Shown piece by piece: positions 1 to 9,085 of a stretch of 44,462 nucleotides of DNA (position 1 is the stretch's first letter; each line of letters opens with the position of its first letter). Both the position numbers and the translations under genes were made by a program. Under the pieces are notes generated by a model. That model was not told the origin of the DNA. It worked only from the letters and a program-made list of their open reading frames with translations, and searched no databases. Source of the stretch: an archaeon (GTDB taxonomy: Archaea; AGJL01; Methanococci; Methanococcales; Methanocaldococcaceae); NCBI GenBank assembly GCA_024278985.1, contig JAJRSC010000024.1:1-44462 (forward strand), in the 5' to 3' direction.

Positions 1-1
1 A

Positions 2-793
2 GTTAAAATCAGACCGTTACGGTATGGAAACATGTCTTGGATACTAGACACAATGATATTAGTAGTAGCATTGGTTAAAATCAGACCGTTACGGTATGGA
101 AACTTTTTGCTTTTCTTTTGTGGCAATATTTCGACTTTTGTTAAAATCAGACCGTTACGGTATGGAAACAATTCTTTATTTTTTATTAATTTTTTTATTG
201 TTTCTAAGTTAAAATCAGACCGTTACGGTATGGAAACATGTCTTGGATACTAGACACAATGATATTAGTAGTAGCATTGGTTAAAATCAGACCGTTACGG
301 TATGGAAACTATATATCTTTTCACCTTTAAGTTCCACCTCAATCTCTGTTAAAATCAGACCATTACGGTATGGAAACTTTATTTTTTTATTCTCTGTTAT
401 TTTTCTCACATCTTTGTTAAAATCAGACCGTTACGGTATGGAAACTCATAAATTCCCCAAACGACCGCCTTAAATCCGTCTTTGTTAAAATCAGACCGTT
501 ACGGTATGGAAACTCTTTCTAATCTTTTTTAAATCATTTTCTATTCTTTTCATTAAGTTAAAATCAGACCGTTACGGTATGGAAACATTTTATCACTTGA
601 GAATGCCATTTTATATGAATACTTTAAATGTTAAAATCAGACCGTTACGGTATGGAAACTCATATTCATCATTATAATAACCTTCCACCAAATAATAGTT
701 AAAATCAGACCGTTACGGTATGGAAACATAACATCTTTATATCTATTATAAATTTTATAATTAGTTAAAATCAGACCGTTACGGTATAAAAAA
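2..793 (+). CRISPR. CRISPR array, trailer end: 12 repeats of GTTAAAATCAGACCGTTACGGTATGGAAAC (30 bp), 11 spacers of 36-43 bp
   Basis: Repeats start at 2, 74, 140, 208, 280, 348, 416, 484, 557, 630, 698 and 764. Repeat 6 has G>A at 362; the last repeat has a degenerate 3' end (GGTATAAAAAA). The ATGGAAAC 3' handle and the degenerate right-hand repeat indicate + orientation with the leader beyond the left edge. No cas genes in the window. Confidence 0.98.
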
Positions 794-878
794 GAAAATT
801 AGAAATTATCTAAAAATCTAATAATAACAATATTAAAATAAGGAAAGGTTTAATTTAAAAAAGAGAAAATAAAATTTA

Positions 879-1316
879 CTATTCTAAAGTTTTTAAGAAA
901 TGAATTATCTTATTAACAACTATTTCAGCCTCTTTTTCATTTTTAGGATATCTTACTTTTATTGTAGGAACTCCTTTTCTTCTGATTAAATATAAAGTTA
1001 ATTCATTTGTTCTTTGGCAGCCTATACAACCAAAAGAGATAGGAGTATCCTCCATTATTATAGCTGCTTCTGCTTCTTCTATTAATGGACCTATTAATGC
1101 CATTCTCCCCCTAACCCCAGAAGGAACTTCTATAGCTGCATATTTTAATCCTTTTTTAGGTTCTTCATCTGTTATATTCATTGGAGGACTATCTATCTCA
1201 GGATTTTTTACTAACTTACCAATAACAGTTTGTAAGGTTAATGGTTTATGACCAAATCTTTCAACTAAATCAGTCAAGATTAAACTATTTGGTGGATATA
1301 TAAATATTTTTTTCAA
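879..1316 (-). CDS. Putative methanogenesis marker protein 5 (DUF2112)
   Basis: [38 protein letters not shown] and [12 protein letters not shown] motifs; TTG start. Confidence 0.88.
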   Translation of the reverse strand: MKKIFIYPPNSLILTDLVERFGHKPLTLQTVIGKLVKNPEIDSPPMNITDEEPKKGLKYAAIEVPSGVRGRMALIGPLIEEAEAAIIMEDTPISFGCIGCQRTNELTLYLIRRKGVPTIKVRYPKNEKEAEIVVNKIIHFLKTLE

Positions 1317-2692
1317 TTTATCACCTTTTTAATCCACTTATCTAAATGATTTATAAAGTTGTTATCATCTTCTTCCTTTTTCTCAAAATCTAACTTAGGA
1401 ATATCTATATCTATATTAACCTTTAAGGCTTCTCTACAAAAATTTTCATAATCTATCTCTATCTCAGGAATTAATCCTCTTTCCTCATTGGCAACTTTCT
1501 CAATACAATATAATTTTATCCCATACCTTTTAGAAATTTCATTTATTTTTTTAAAATGTTCTTTATTATAAACCTTATTTAAAATTATTCCTTCAACTTT
1601 AAGACCAATACTTTTTAAAAAAATATATATATTAACTGCCTCAAAAAATGCCCCTTCAATCCCTGATAAATTACAGCCAGCAACTATATATATTGGAAAA
1701 TTTAACTTCTTAGCTATTTGATAAGAGGATATATTTTTTAAGGCCCCTGTTAAAGCACCCATAACTCCTTCAACAATATAAAATTTATAGTTAGATTTTT
1801 TTACAAACTCTATAAACTCCTCTACCCCAACCCATCCTCTATTACCCAACTTTATACTTCTATATTTATCCATCTTTTCCCTAATCATATAAAGGGCTGG
1901 AACTATATCTCTAACATCTCCTCCCATCTTTGCAACATAAACATCTTTTAATCTTGCTGATAATGCTGTTGTTAAAAAAGTTTTTCCTGAGTTAGAGGAA
2001 GTTCCTAATAAAATAATCCCTCTCTTTTCTTTACTATCTTTCTTTTTAATATTATAGGATAAAGCTCTCTTTTTTAATTCTTCTTTAATTCTTTTGTTCT
2101 TTTCTTCTATTTCATCAATTTCATTATCCAGTCCAATATGTTTTAAAAATTTATTTCTAATCCCCTTATTATCCAAAAATCCATGAATCATAGTTCCAAA
2201 TATTTTATTGTTATAAACTCCAGAAATTATTTTTTCCTCTTTAAATCTATAATTTATTTTTTCAACATAAGAATAAGTAAATATTTTCTCATTTGTTATT
2301 ATCTTTCCATAAGTATGACAATGAAACCCTTCACCTTCTCCAAAAATACTATTAAATTTAACTCTATCAGTACATATAAGAGGATAAAATTCTACATCCA
2401 ACAATCCTAAACCTTTTCTAAAAATTGGAACCTTGCTTTTTCTTCCCACATCTACCCTTTTCCCTAAGATTTGGAAGCCACTACAAACACCAAAAATATA
2501 ACCATCAAAATTTAAAATTTCTTTTTTTATCTCTTCAGGAATACCTCTTTCAATTAAAGAACCTCCTGGTATTATTAAAAGTTCTAAATCTTTAATATCC
2601 TTATAATTATTTTCATCAATTATTTTAGTTGGAAGATTGCCAAAATCTTCAAAGAGTGGTAATGTTCCTTTAATATCTAAAATACCAATCAT
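1313..2692 (-). CDS. CobQ/CobB-like amidotransferase with N-terminal GATase and C-terminal P-loop domain
   Basis: [16 protein letters not shown] (catalytic Cys) and GTMIHG (His) in the N-half; [10 protein letters not shown]-loop, IVEGVMG and GIILNKV in the C-half. Confidence 0.8.
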   Translation of the reverse strand: MIGILDIKGTLPLFEDFGNLPTKIIDENNYKDIKDLELLIIPGGSLIERGIPEEIKKEILNFDGYIFGVCSGFQILGKRVDVGRKSKVPIFRKGLGLLDVEFYPLICTDRVKFNSIFGEGEGFHCHTYGKIITNEKIFTYSYVEKINYRFKEEKIISGVYNNKIFGTMIHGFLDNKGIRNKFLKHIGLDNEIDEIEEKNKRIKEELKKRALSYNIKKKDSKEKRGIILLGTSSNSGKTFLTTALSARLKDVYVAKMGGDVRDIVPALYMIREKMDKYRSIKLGNRGWVGVEEFIEFVKKSNYKFYIVEGVMGALTGALKNISSYQIAKKLNFPIYIVAGCNLSGIEGAFFEAVNIYIFLKSIGLKVEGIILNKVYNKEHFKKINEISKRYGIKLYCIEKVANEERGLIPEIEIDYENFCREALKVNIDIDIPKLDFEKKEEDDNNFINHLDKWIKKVIN

Positions 2693-2931
2693 TACTCATC
2701 CACTCTTTGGGTTCTTCTAACAGTAAATGCAAAAAGTGTTGGTAATATTGCACCTCCCAAAATTGCAGAAGTTAAAGCTACATCAGGAGCTAATAATGCA
2801 TAAAATAGATAAGAAACACATAATCCTGAAAAGCCAGAGAGAATAATACATTTAATTAAATCCTTCTGTAAGAGAGATGCTAAACTTGTTAATATTGTTA
2901 ATATAATAACAATATAGTTAATTATCTCCAT
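2692..2931 (-). CDS. ehbD: DUF4040/MnhB-related small membrane protein, probable energy-converting hydrogenase B subunit D
   Basis: 79 aa, three hydrophobic helices, [11 protein letters not shown] motif. Confidence 0.7.
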   Translation of the reverse strand: MEIINYIVIILTILTSLASLLQKDLIKCIILSGFSGLCVSYLFYALLAPDVALTSAILGGAILPTLFAFTVRRTQRVDE

Positions 2932-3914
2932 ATTTCCACCTTTCTTTTAATATAGATATAGGATAAATATCCTAATACTGTTGGAAATAAATAAGAAATA
3001 AACCTATCTAATATATTAACAGCTCCTGCTATTGAAACAGGAACATTAAACATTGTAAATACTCCTATTGTAATGGCATCTGCTGAACCTAAACCTGATG
3101 GAGTGATGGAAAAAACTCCTGAAAGTAATGCTAATAAATAGACCACAGCAACTACAAATATATTAACACTATAGTATAATGCTAAGAAAAAGATATAATA
3201 CTTTGTTATATCTACAACTATCCATAATAAAGAAAATATAAATGATAATTTTGTATATATGTTATTTTTATTACCTTTAAAAAATAATATTCCTCTGTAA
3301 AATTCATCTATTATTTTAATTATTTTCTCCTCATTATATTCATATGGTAAATATTTACATATAAATCTATATGTTTTTATTGTAATTTTTTCTAAAAGTT
3401 TTCTATTTATAAATATATATAAAACTCCTAAAGATATTATAAGTAAGGATATCCAGGCAAATATTAAAACTCCTTTATAAGAGAAACCTAACATTATAAA
3501 GTATAATATAACAAAAAATGTGGCAATTATGTAGATTAATGTATCTAAAAATCTCTCTATAAAAACAGATGAATAACATATACCTTTTGGAATTTGCTCA
3601 AGTTTAGATAAATAATAAGCCCTAAAAACTTCTCCCCCTCCTCTCATAGAGGGAGTTATATTATTAAAGAACTGTCCTAACAATACATTTAAAAAAATAT
3701 TAATAAATTTTGCATTATATCCCAATGCTTTTATAACACACTTCCATCTAATACCCATAACAATAAAAACAATAATTTGCATAAAGATGGCCAAAAGTAT
3801 ATAAAAAATATTTGCCTCCTTTAACACCAACAAAATCTCATTTATTCCTATAATATACAAAATAATAAGTAATAACCCTCCTCCAATAATAAAACCAATA
3901 TATTTATTAATCAT
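2922..3914 (-). CDS. UPF0104 / lysylphosphatidylglycerol synthase TM-domain (flippase-like) membrane protein
   Basis: Polytopic; RW, FFNNITPS..GGE..RAY, ERFLD and ITPSGLG motifs. Confidence 0.85.
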   Translation of the reverse strand: MINKYIGFIIGGGLLLIILYIIGINEILLVLKEANIFYILLAIFMQIIVFIVMGIRWKCVIKALGYNAKFINIFLNVLLGQFFNNITPSMRGGGEVFRAYYLSKLEQIPKGICYSSVFIERFLDTLIYIIATFFVILYFIMLGFSYKGVLIFAWISLLIISLGVLYIFINRKLLEKITIKTYRFICKYLPYEYNEEKIIKIIDEFYRGILFFKGNKNNIYTKLSFIFSLLWIVVDITKYYIFFLALYYSVNIFVVAVVYLLALLSGVFSITPSGLGSADAITIGVFTMFNVPVSIAGAVNILDRFISYLFPTVLGYLSYIYIKRKVEIWR

Positions 3915-4425
3915 AATCTATAACCTTTTTAAGTTTATTATTTTCAAGAACATAAACAAAAAAATTGTATTTTTTGGCAATATTTATAACCTCCTTCCAT
4001 TCTTCTGCTAAACAAAAAATAACTTTAATTTTTCTATTTGTTGTTATTGGTAGAGAATATATATTTTCTAAAGATTTATATATCTTATTCATTTTTTTTA
4101 AAGTTCTTCTTTTATCTGTTTCTATTTCAATAATTATTATTTCTTTTTCTGATATTAAAACTATATCCGGCCTAAATCCTAATTTTACAAAATTTAAACT
4201 TTTCGATTCAACATAACACCCCAACTTATTACCTAAAATATTTAAAATCATTTCTCTCATTAATGAATGATAATACTCTTCTCTTCCAATTTTTTTTCCT
4301 GATGATATAAAGATTTTTAAGTTATTTATAGCACTTTCAATTGCCTTATCATTTAAATCTTTATTAATAATTGTTAAATCTTCAACCATCTTTTTAATTT
4401 TTTCTACAACTTCAGATTTTTGCAT
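3907..4425 (-). CDS. Hypothetical protein with restriction-endonuclease-like (PD-(D/E)xK superfamily, PD-ExE variant) motif
   Basis: 172 aa; EEYYH helix, VE, FRPDIVL, IIIIEIET. Overlaps the mutS 3' end by 22 nt and the downstream gene by 8 nt. The ORF is well supported; the nuclease call is an inference. Confidence 0.6.
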   Translation of the reverse strand: MQKSEVVEKIKKMVEDLTIINKDLNDKAIESAINNLKIFISSGKKIGREEYYHSLMREMILNILGNKLGCYVESKSLNFVKLGFRPDIVLISEKEIIIIEIETDKRRTLKKMNKIYKSLENIYSLPITTNRKIKVIFCLAEEWKEVINIAKKYNFFVYVLENNKLKKVIDYD

Positions 4426-6880
4426 TTTCTCACAATTTTGTCCAACTCATTCAACGCCTGAATTGGAGTAAGATGGTTAATATCTATCTTTTGAATTTCT
4501 TTTATAATCTCTTTAACCTCATTGTTAATATCCTTTTTATTTAATTCCTTATATATCTCATAAGCCCTCTCTACCACTTCCTTAGGTAAAACAAACTCAG
4601 CAATCTTTATTCCATAACTTTCATTACTTGCTCCTCTTTTTATCTTTCTATCAAACTCTAAACCCTTATCTGTCTCAATAACTCTAAAATGGTAGTTTTT
4701 AACACCTTCCAATTTTTCCTCCAACTCAGATATTTCATGGTAGTGTGTAGCAAAAAGTGTTTTAGAGCCAATCTTATGGAGATATTCAACAATTGCCCAG
4801 GCTAAACTTGCCCCATCTTTACTTCCAGTACTTTTCCCCACTTCATCCAAGAGAACTAAACTTTTACTTGTAGAATTCCTTAAAATTTGTCCAACTTCAG
4901 AAATTTCAACCATAAAACTACTGTATCCTCTTGTAATGTCATCAACTGTTCCAATTCTTGTAAATATTCTATCAACTACTCCAATAGATGCATAACTTGC
5001 AGGAACAAAACAGCCAATTTGTGCCAGTATTGTTATTAGGGCTGTCATTCTTAAATATGTAGATTTTCCAGCCATGTTTGGCCCAGTTATTAATATAATT
5101 TTACTTTCTCTTGTTAAATTAACATCATTAGGAATAAATTTAGTATTTAATTCAACAGTTGGATGCCTACCATCTTTTATTATTATACTATATCCATTAT
5201 TTACTTTTGGTTTTTTATAATTGTAAAGAACAGAAATTTCTGCAAATGTAGATAATACATCAATCTCAGCAATGTTGTGGGATATCTCTCTAATATCATC
5301 AACCTTTTCAGCAACTTTTTCCCTAACTTCTAAAAATAGCTCATATTCTAATCTTTTAATCTTTTCATCATAAATTAAAATCTTCTCTTCTATCTCTTTT
5401 AATTCATCTATAACATACCTCTCACTATTTGCAAGAGTTTGTTTTCTTTTATAGTCTTTAGGAACTAATTTAGTTTTTGTTTTGGAACTTCTATATAATA
5501 CCCAATAACTGTATTATATCCAATTTTTAATTTTTCTATTCCAGTTCTTTGTCTTTCTCTATTTTCTATTTCATAAAGTTTATTTAAATAGTTATTTTTA
5601 GCTTCTCTAAGATTATCCAACTCTTCAGAATAGTTTTCTTTTATAATTCCTCCATCAGTTATATTTATAGGAGGTTCATCTACAATAGCATTATCAATTA
5701 ATTCAACAATCTCATTTAACAATTTTAAGTTTTCTACTATACTACTTAACTTTTTAGAGACAAATTGGAAATTTTTAATTTCTTTAACATTTTTTAAAGA
5801 TTCTTTTAAAGCTACTAAATCCTTTGGAGATGCTTTATTATATTCAATCCTACTGACAATTCTATCCAAATCATAAATTTCTTTTAAGATTTCTCTTAAA
5901 TTCTGTCTTATAAAACTTTTTTGATATAGTTCTTCAACACTTTCTAATCTATTTTCTATTTCATCAACATTTAATAAAGGTCTTTGAAGCCACCTTTTTA
6001 ATAATCTACTTCCCATAGATGTCTGTGTTTTGTCCAAAATTTCAATTAAAGAGCCTCTTTTACTACCATCTATTAAATTTTTAAATATCTCAAGATTCTT
6101 TAATGTTGTAGAGTCAAGAATCATATAGTCCTTACTTTCATATTTTTGTAATCTAAGTTTTAAATTTTTTATTAAAAGAGATTCACTAACATACTTTAAA
6201 ACTGCTCCAACAGCAAGAAGTTCCTCATTATCAAGTTTAATATCTTTATGATTGGTTATATATTCACTAACATAATATTTTGCTTCATTTAAATTAAAGT
6301 AATCCTCAACAAGAGGATGCACTACTTTGATTATTTTTTTAATTTCTTCAATATTTTCAAAGTTTTTAGGAAGGATACACTCAACTGGAGAGAATTTTAA
6401 TATTTCTGCAACTACATCATCAAAATTTTTAACTGATGTAACTAAAAACTCACCTGTAGAAATATCTATTAGGGCAATTCCATATTTAAAACCTTTGTAT
6501 ATTGAGATTAAATAATTATTTTCTTTTGTTAATAGTTCTTCTTCTATTAAAGTTCCTGGAGTAATTACTCTAATAACTTCTCTTTTAACTAATCCTTTAG
6601 CTTTTGAAGGGTCTTCCACCTGCTCACAAATAGCTACTTTATAACCTTTTTCTATTAACCTTTTAATATATGGAAGAGCAGCATGATGAGGAACTCCTGC
6701 CATAGGATGTTTTTTATCTCTTGTAGTTAATACAATTCCTAACTCTTTAGCAGCAATTTTTGCATCTTCATTAAATAATTCATAAAAATCTCCTACTCTA
6801 AAAAAAAGAAGGCAGTCTTTATAATGCTCTTTAATTTTGTAGTATTGTCTCATCATTGGAGTTATAGACATAAAATCCAC
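4404..6880 (-). pseudogene. mutS: DNA mismatch repair protein MutS (MutS1), split by a one-base frameshift at about 5474-5483 as assembled
   Basis: N-terminal TPMMRQY..IK, FRVGDFYE, VAICEQ and ITPGT. The second frame is open from LVPKDYKRKQTLANSERY through GRHPTVE, TGPNMAGKST, DRIFTRIG, FMVE, LLDEVG, FATHYHE, SYGI and LTPIQAL. Adding one A restores about 820 aa. Likely start ATG at 6871 after GGTGGA. Confidence 0.93.
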
Positions 6881-7068
6881 CTTTTTTTAATTAAAATTTA
6901 AAACTAAAATAATATTCTTAATTAAAAATTTATTATGTGCAAATTTACAAAATAATAATTTTGAAAATGGAAAGTTATTAGGATATTTTTAATATATTAT
7001 TTATCTCAACTATTTAAAACTTCTTAGTTAAATTTATTAATGTAAGTTTATTATTTTAAAATAAATAA

Positions 7069-7914
7069 AAATATTTTTTTAGTGAAATTATTAACTTAGA
7101 AAAAATTAATAATAATGATGTATTTAAAAAAATTAAATTTGATAAAGATGAGGAAATTAAAGAAAATAAAAATTTTAATCATAATATAATTATAAAAGGA
7201 GATAAAGTTTATGGAATATCAGATAAGGGAAATAGAGAAAATAATGAGGATAATATAATAATTAAAAAGATAGAAGATATCTATATATTAGGAGTAGCGG
7301 ATGGATTGGGCGGGCATAATGCTGGAGAAGTAGCATCGAAAATAGCAATTGAAACATTAGAAGAGGAATTTACAAAGAGATATAATAAAAAATTATCAAT
7401 AGAAGAGATAAAAGAACTTTTAAGGGAAATATATAATAAGGCACATGAGAAAATAAAAGAAAACGCGATAGAAGATAAAGAAGGGATGGGAACAACATTA
7501 ACAACAGCAATAATAAAAGGAGATAAATGTATTGTAGGAAATTGTGGAGATAGTAGGGCATATTTAATAAGAAATGGAAAAATAATATTTAAAACAAAAG
7601 ACCATACCTTAGTTCAGACATTAGTAGATGAAGGGCATATAACAGAGGAAGAAGCGTTTTATCATCCTATGAAAAATATTCTTAACTATGCTTTAGGAAT
7701 AGATGATATTAAAGTTGATATTTATGAATTAAATCTAAAAAAAGGAGATATAATATTATTAAGTTCTGATGGTCTTCATGATTATCTTAAAGAATCTGAA
7801 ATATTAAAAATTGTTAATGAATATTCTTCTCCTGAACTTATAGCCAAAGAACTTTTAAATTATTCTTTAAATATTTCCAAGGATAATATTAGTATTATAG
7901 TATATAAACACTAA
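7069..7914 (+). CDS. PP2C/PPM-family Ser/Thr protein phosphatase (start codon unresolved)
   Basis: Frame open from 7069 and contains GNRENNED, VADGLGGHNAGEVAS, GMGTT, NCGDSRAY, SSDGL and DNIS. No in-frame ATG/GTG/TTG before 7306, which lies inside motif 2. Confidence 0.85.
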   Translation, partial: KYFFSEIINLEKINNNDVFKKIKFDKDEEIKENKNFNHNIIIKGDKVYGISDKGNRENNEDNIIIKKIEDIYILGVADGLGGHNAGEVASKIAIETLEEEFTKRYNKKLSIEEIKELLREIYNKAHEKIKENAIEDKEGMGTTLTTAIIKGDKCIVGNCGDSRAYLIRNGKIIFKTKDHTLVQTLVDEGHITEEEAFYHPMKNILNYALGIDDIKVDIYELNLKKGDIILLSSDGLHDYLKESEILKIVNEYSSPELIAKELLNYSLNISKDNISIIVYKH

Positions 7915-7957
7915 ACATAAAACTTTTTTAATAAAATAAAATCTTGAAAATATCAAT

Positions 7958-9079
7958 TTAGACTAAATAAAACACTTCAGTATCTAACCCACCAAATTTT
8001 ACTCTAAACCTTTCTTTAATTTCTAAATTGTTCTTATATATTGCCTCTTCCATAAACTTTATTTCTGCTGTTATTACTATAATCCTTGAATCTCCATGCA
8101 TATTTTCTTTAGCTGATTTTAGGAAGTTAGTGTATAATTTTTTTATATATCCTTTTCTTCCCATTCTTATACCATAAGGTGGATTAACAATTAAAACATC
8201 AAAATCTTCCCTTAAATTTTCAGCATCTCCTTCTTTAAAAGTAATGGTTTCTAATATATTAGCAGCATTTAATGCATTTTGTCTTGCTCCTAACAAATAT
8301 TTTTTATTTTTATCAATTCCCACAATATTATATATATTGTTGTTTTGATTAACTTTTATTTTATTTAATATCTCATCACCATATAACTTTAAAAATTGAT
8401 AACCATATTTTTTTAATCTAAAAACTCCTGGGGGTATATTTCTTTTTATTAAAGCCCCTTCTATTGGAATAGTCCCACTACCACACATACAATCTAATAG
8501 TTTTTCATCATCTTTCCAATTACTTAGATATATCAATGCAGATGCAATAGTAGCATTTAAATGAGCTGGATGATTAAAAACTCTCCATCCTCTTTTATCT
8601 AATGCAATATCTCCAGTAGTATCTAAACCAATTAATAACTCATCAAATATTAACTCAACTCTAATTATTACATCTGGCTCATCTAGATTTACCTTTAACC
8701 TTACATTTTTATCTTTTAAATATCTCTTTATAACTGCTTCTCCTGCAACTCTTCCAATATCTATAGATGTAAAGTTATGTTCTCCAACTCTTAAGGGTCT
8801 AATAGCAAAACTAAAATTCTCATTTATAAAATTCCAATCTAAATTATAAACTACATTATAAATATCTTCTAAACTTTCAACTCTTCCCCTATATAAAAGA
8901 ATATTAATCCTCTCTAAAACTCTTGATAAGTAATTAGTTTTAGCTATTAAATCTTCATCTCCCTTAAAAAATATTCTTCCTTTGTTCTCTCTAACTTCAT
9001 AAACTTTTCCTCCAAAACTTTCAATTTCTTTCTTTCCAAATCTTTCCAATCCAGGTGTTAATGTTGCAAAAAATTCCAA
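7958..9079 (-). CDS. trm14: tRNA (guanine(6)-N2)-methyltransferase, THUMP domain
   Basis: THUMP N-half, LDCMCGSGTI SAM motif, NPPYG, HPAHLN. Confidence 0.85.
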   Translation of the reverse strand: MEFFATLTPGLERFGKKEIESFGGKVYEVRENKGRIFFKGDEDLIAKTNYLSRVLERINILLYRGRVESLEDIYNVVYNLDWNFINENFSFAIRPLRVGEHNFTSIDIGRVAGEAVIKRYLKDKNVRLKVNLDEPDVIIRVELIFDELLIGLDTTGDIALDKRGWRVFNHPAHLNATIASALIYLSNWKDDEKLLDCMCGSGTIPIEGALIKRNIPPGVFRLKKYGYQFLKLYGDEILNKIKVNQNNNIYNIVGIDKNKKYLLGARQNALNAANILETITFKEGDAENLREDFDVLIVNPPYGIRMGRKGYIKKLYTNFLKSAKENMHGDSRIIVITAEIKFMEEAIYKNNLEIKERFRVKFGGLDTEVFYLV

Positions 9080-9085
9080 ACATTC

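Noticed and set aside
170-207. Possible self-targeting: spacer 3 reverse complement resembles about 16843-16866 (TTAGAAACATTAAAAAAATT)
   Set aside because: Short, mismatched, low-complexity match expected by chance in AT-rich DNA.
32-253. 73-aa ORF with repeated VKIRPLRYG
   Set aside because: It is the translation of CRISPR repeats and spacers.
4404-4425. Possible MutS-nuclease fusion hidden by a frameshift
   Set aside because: MutS ends at its normal C-terminal helix, and the next ORF has its own ATG and SD-like motif; short overlaps are common throughout the window.
6881-7068. AT-rich gap between mutS and PP2C as a possible mobile-element end or decayed gene
   Set aside because: No terminal repeats, transposase or integrase, and only very short frames.
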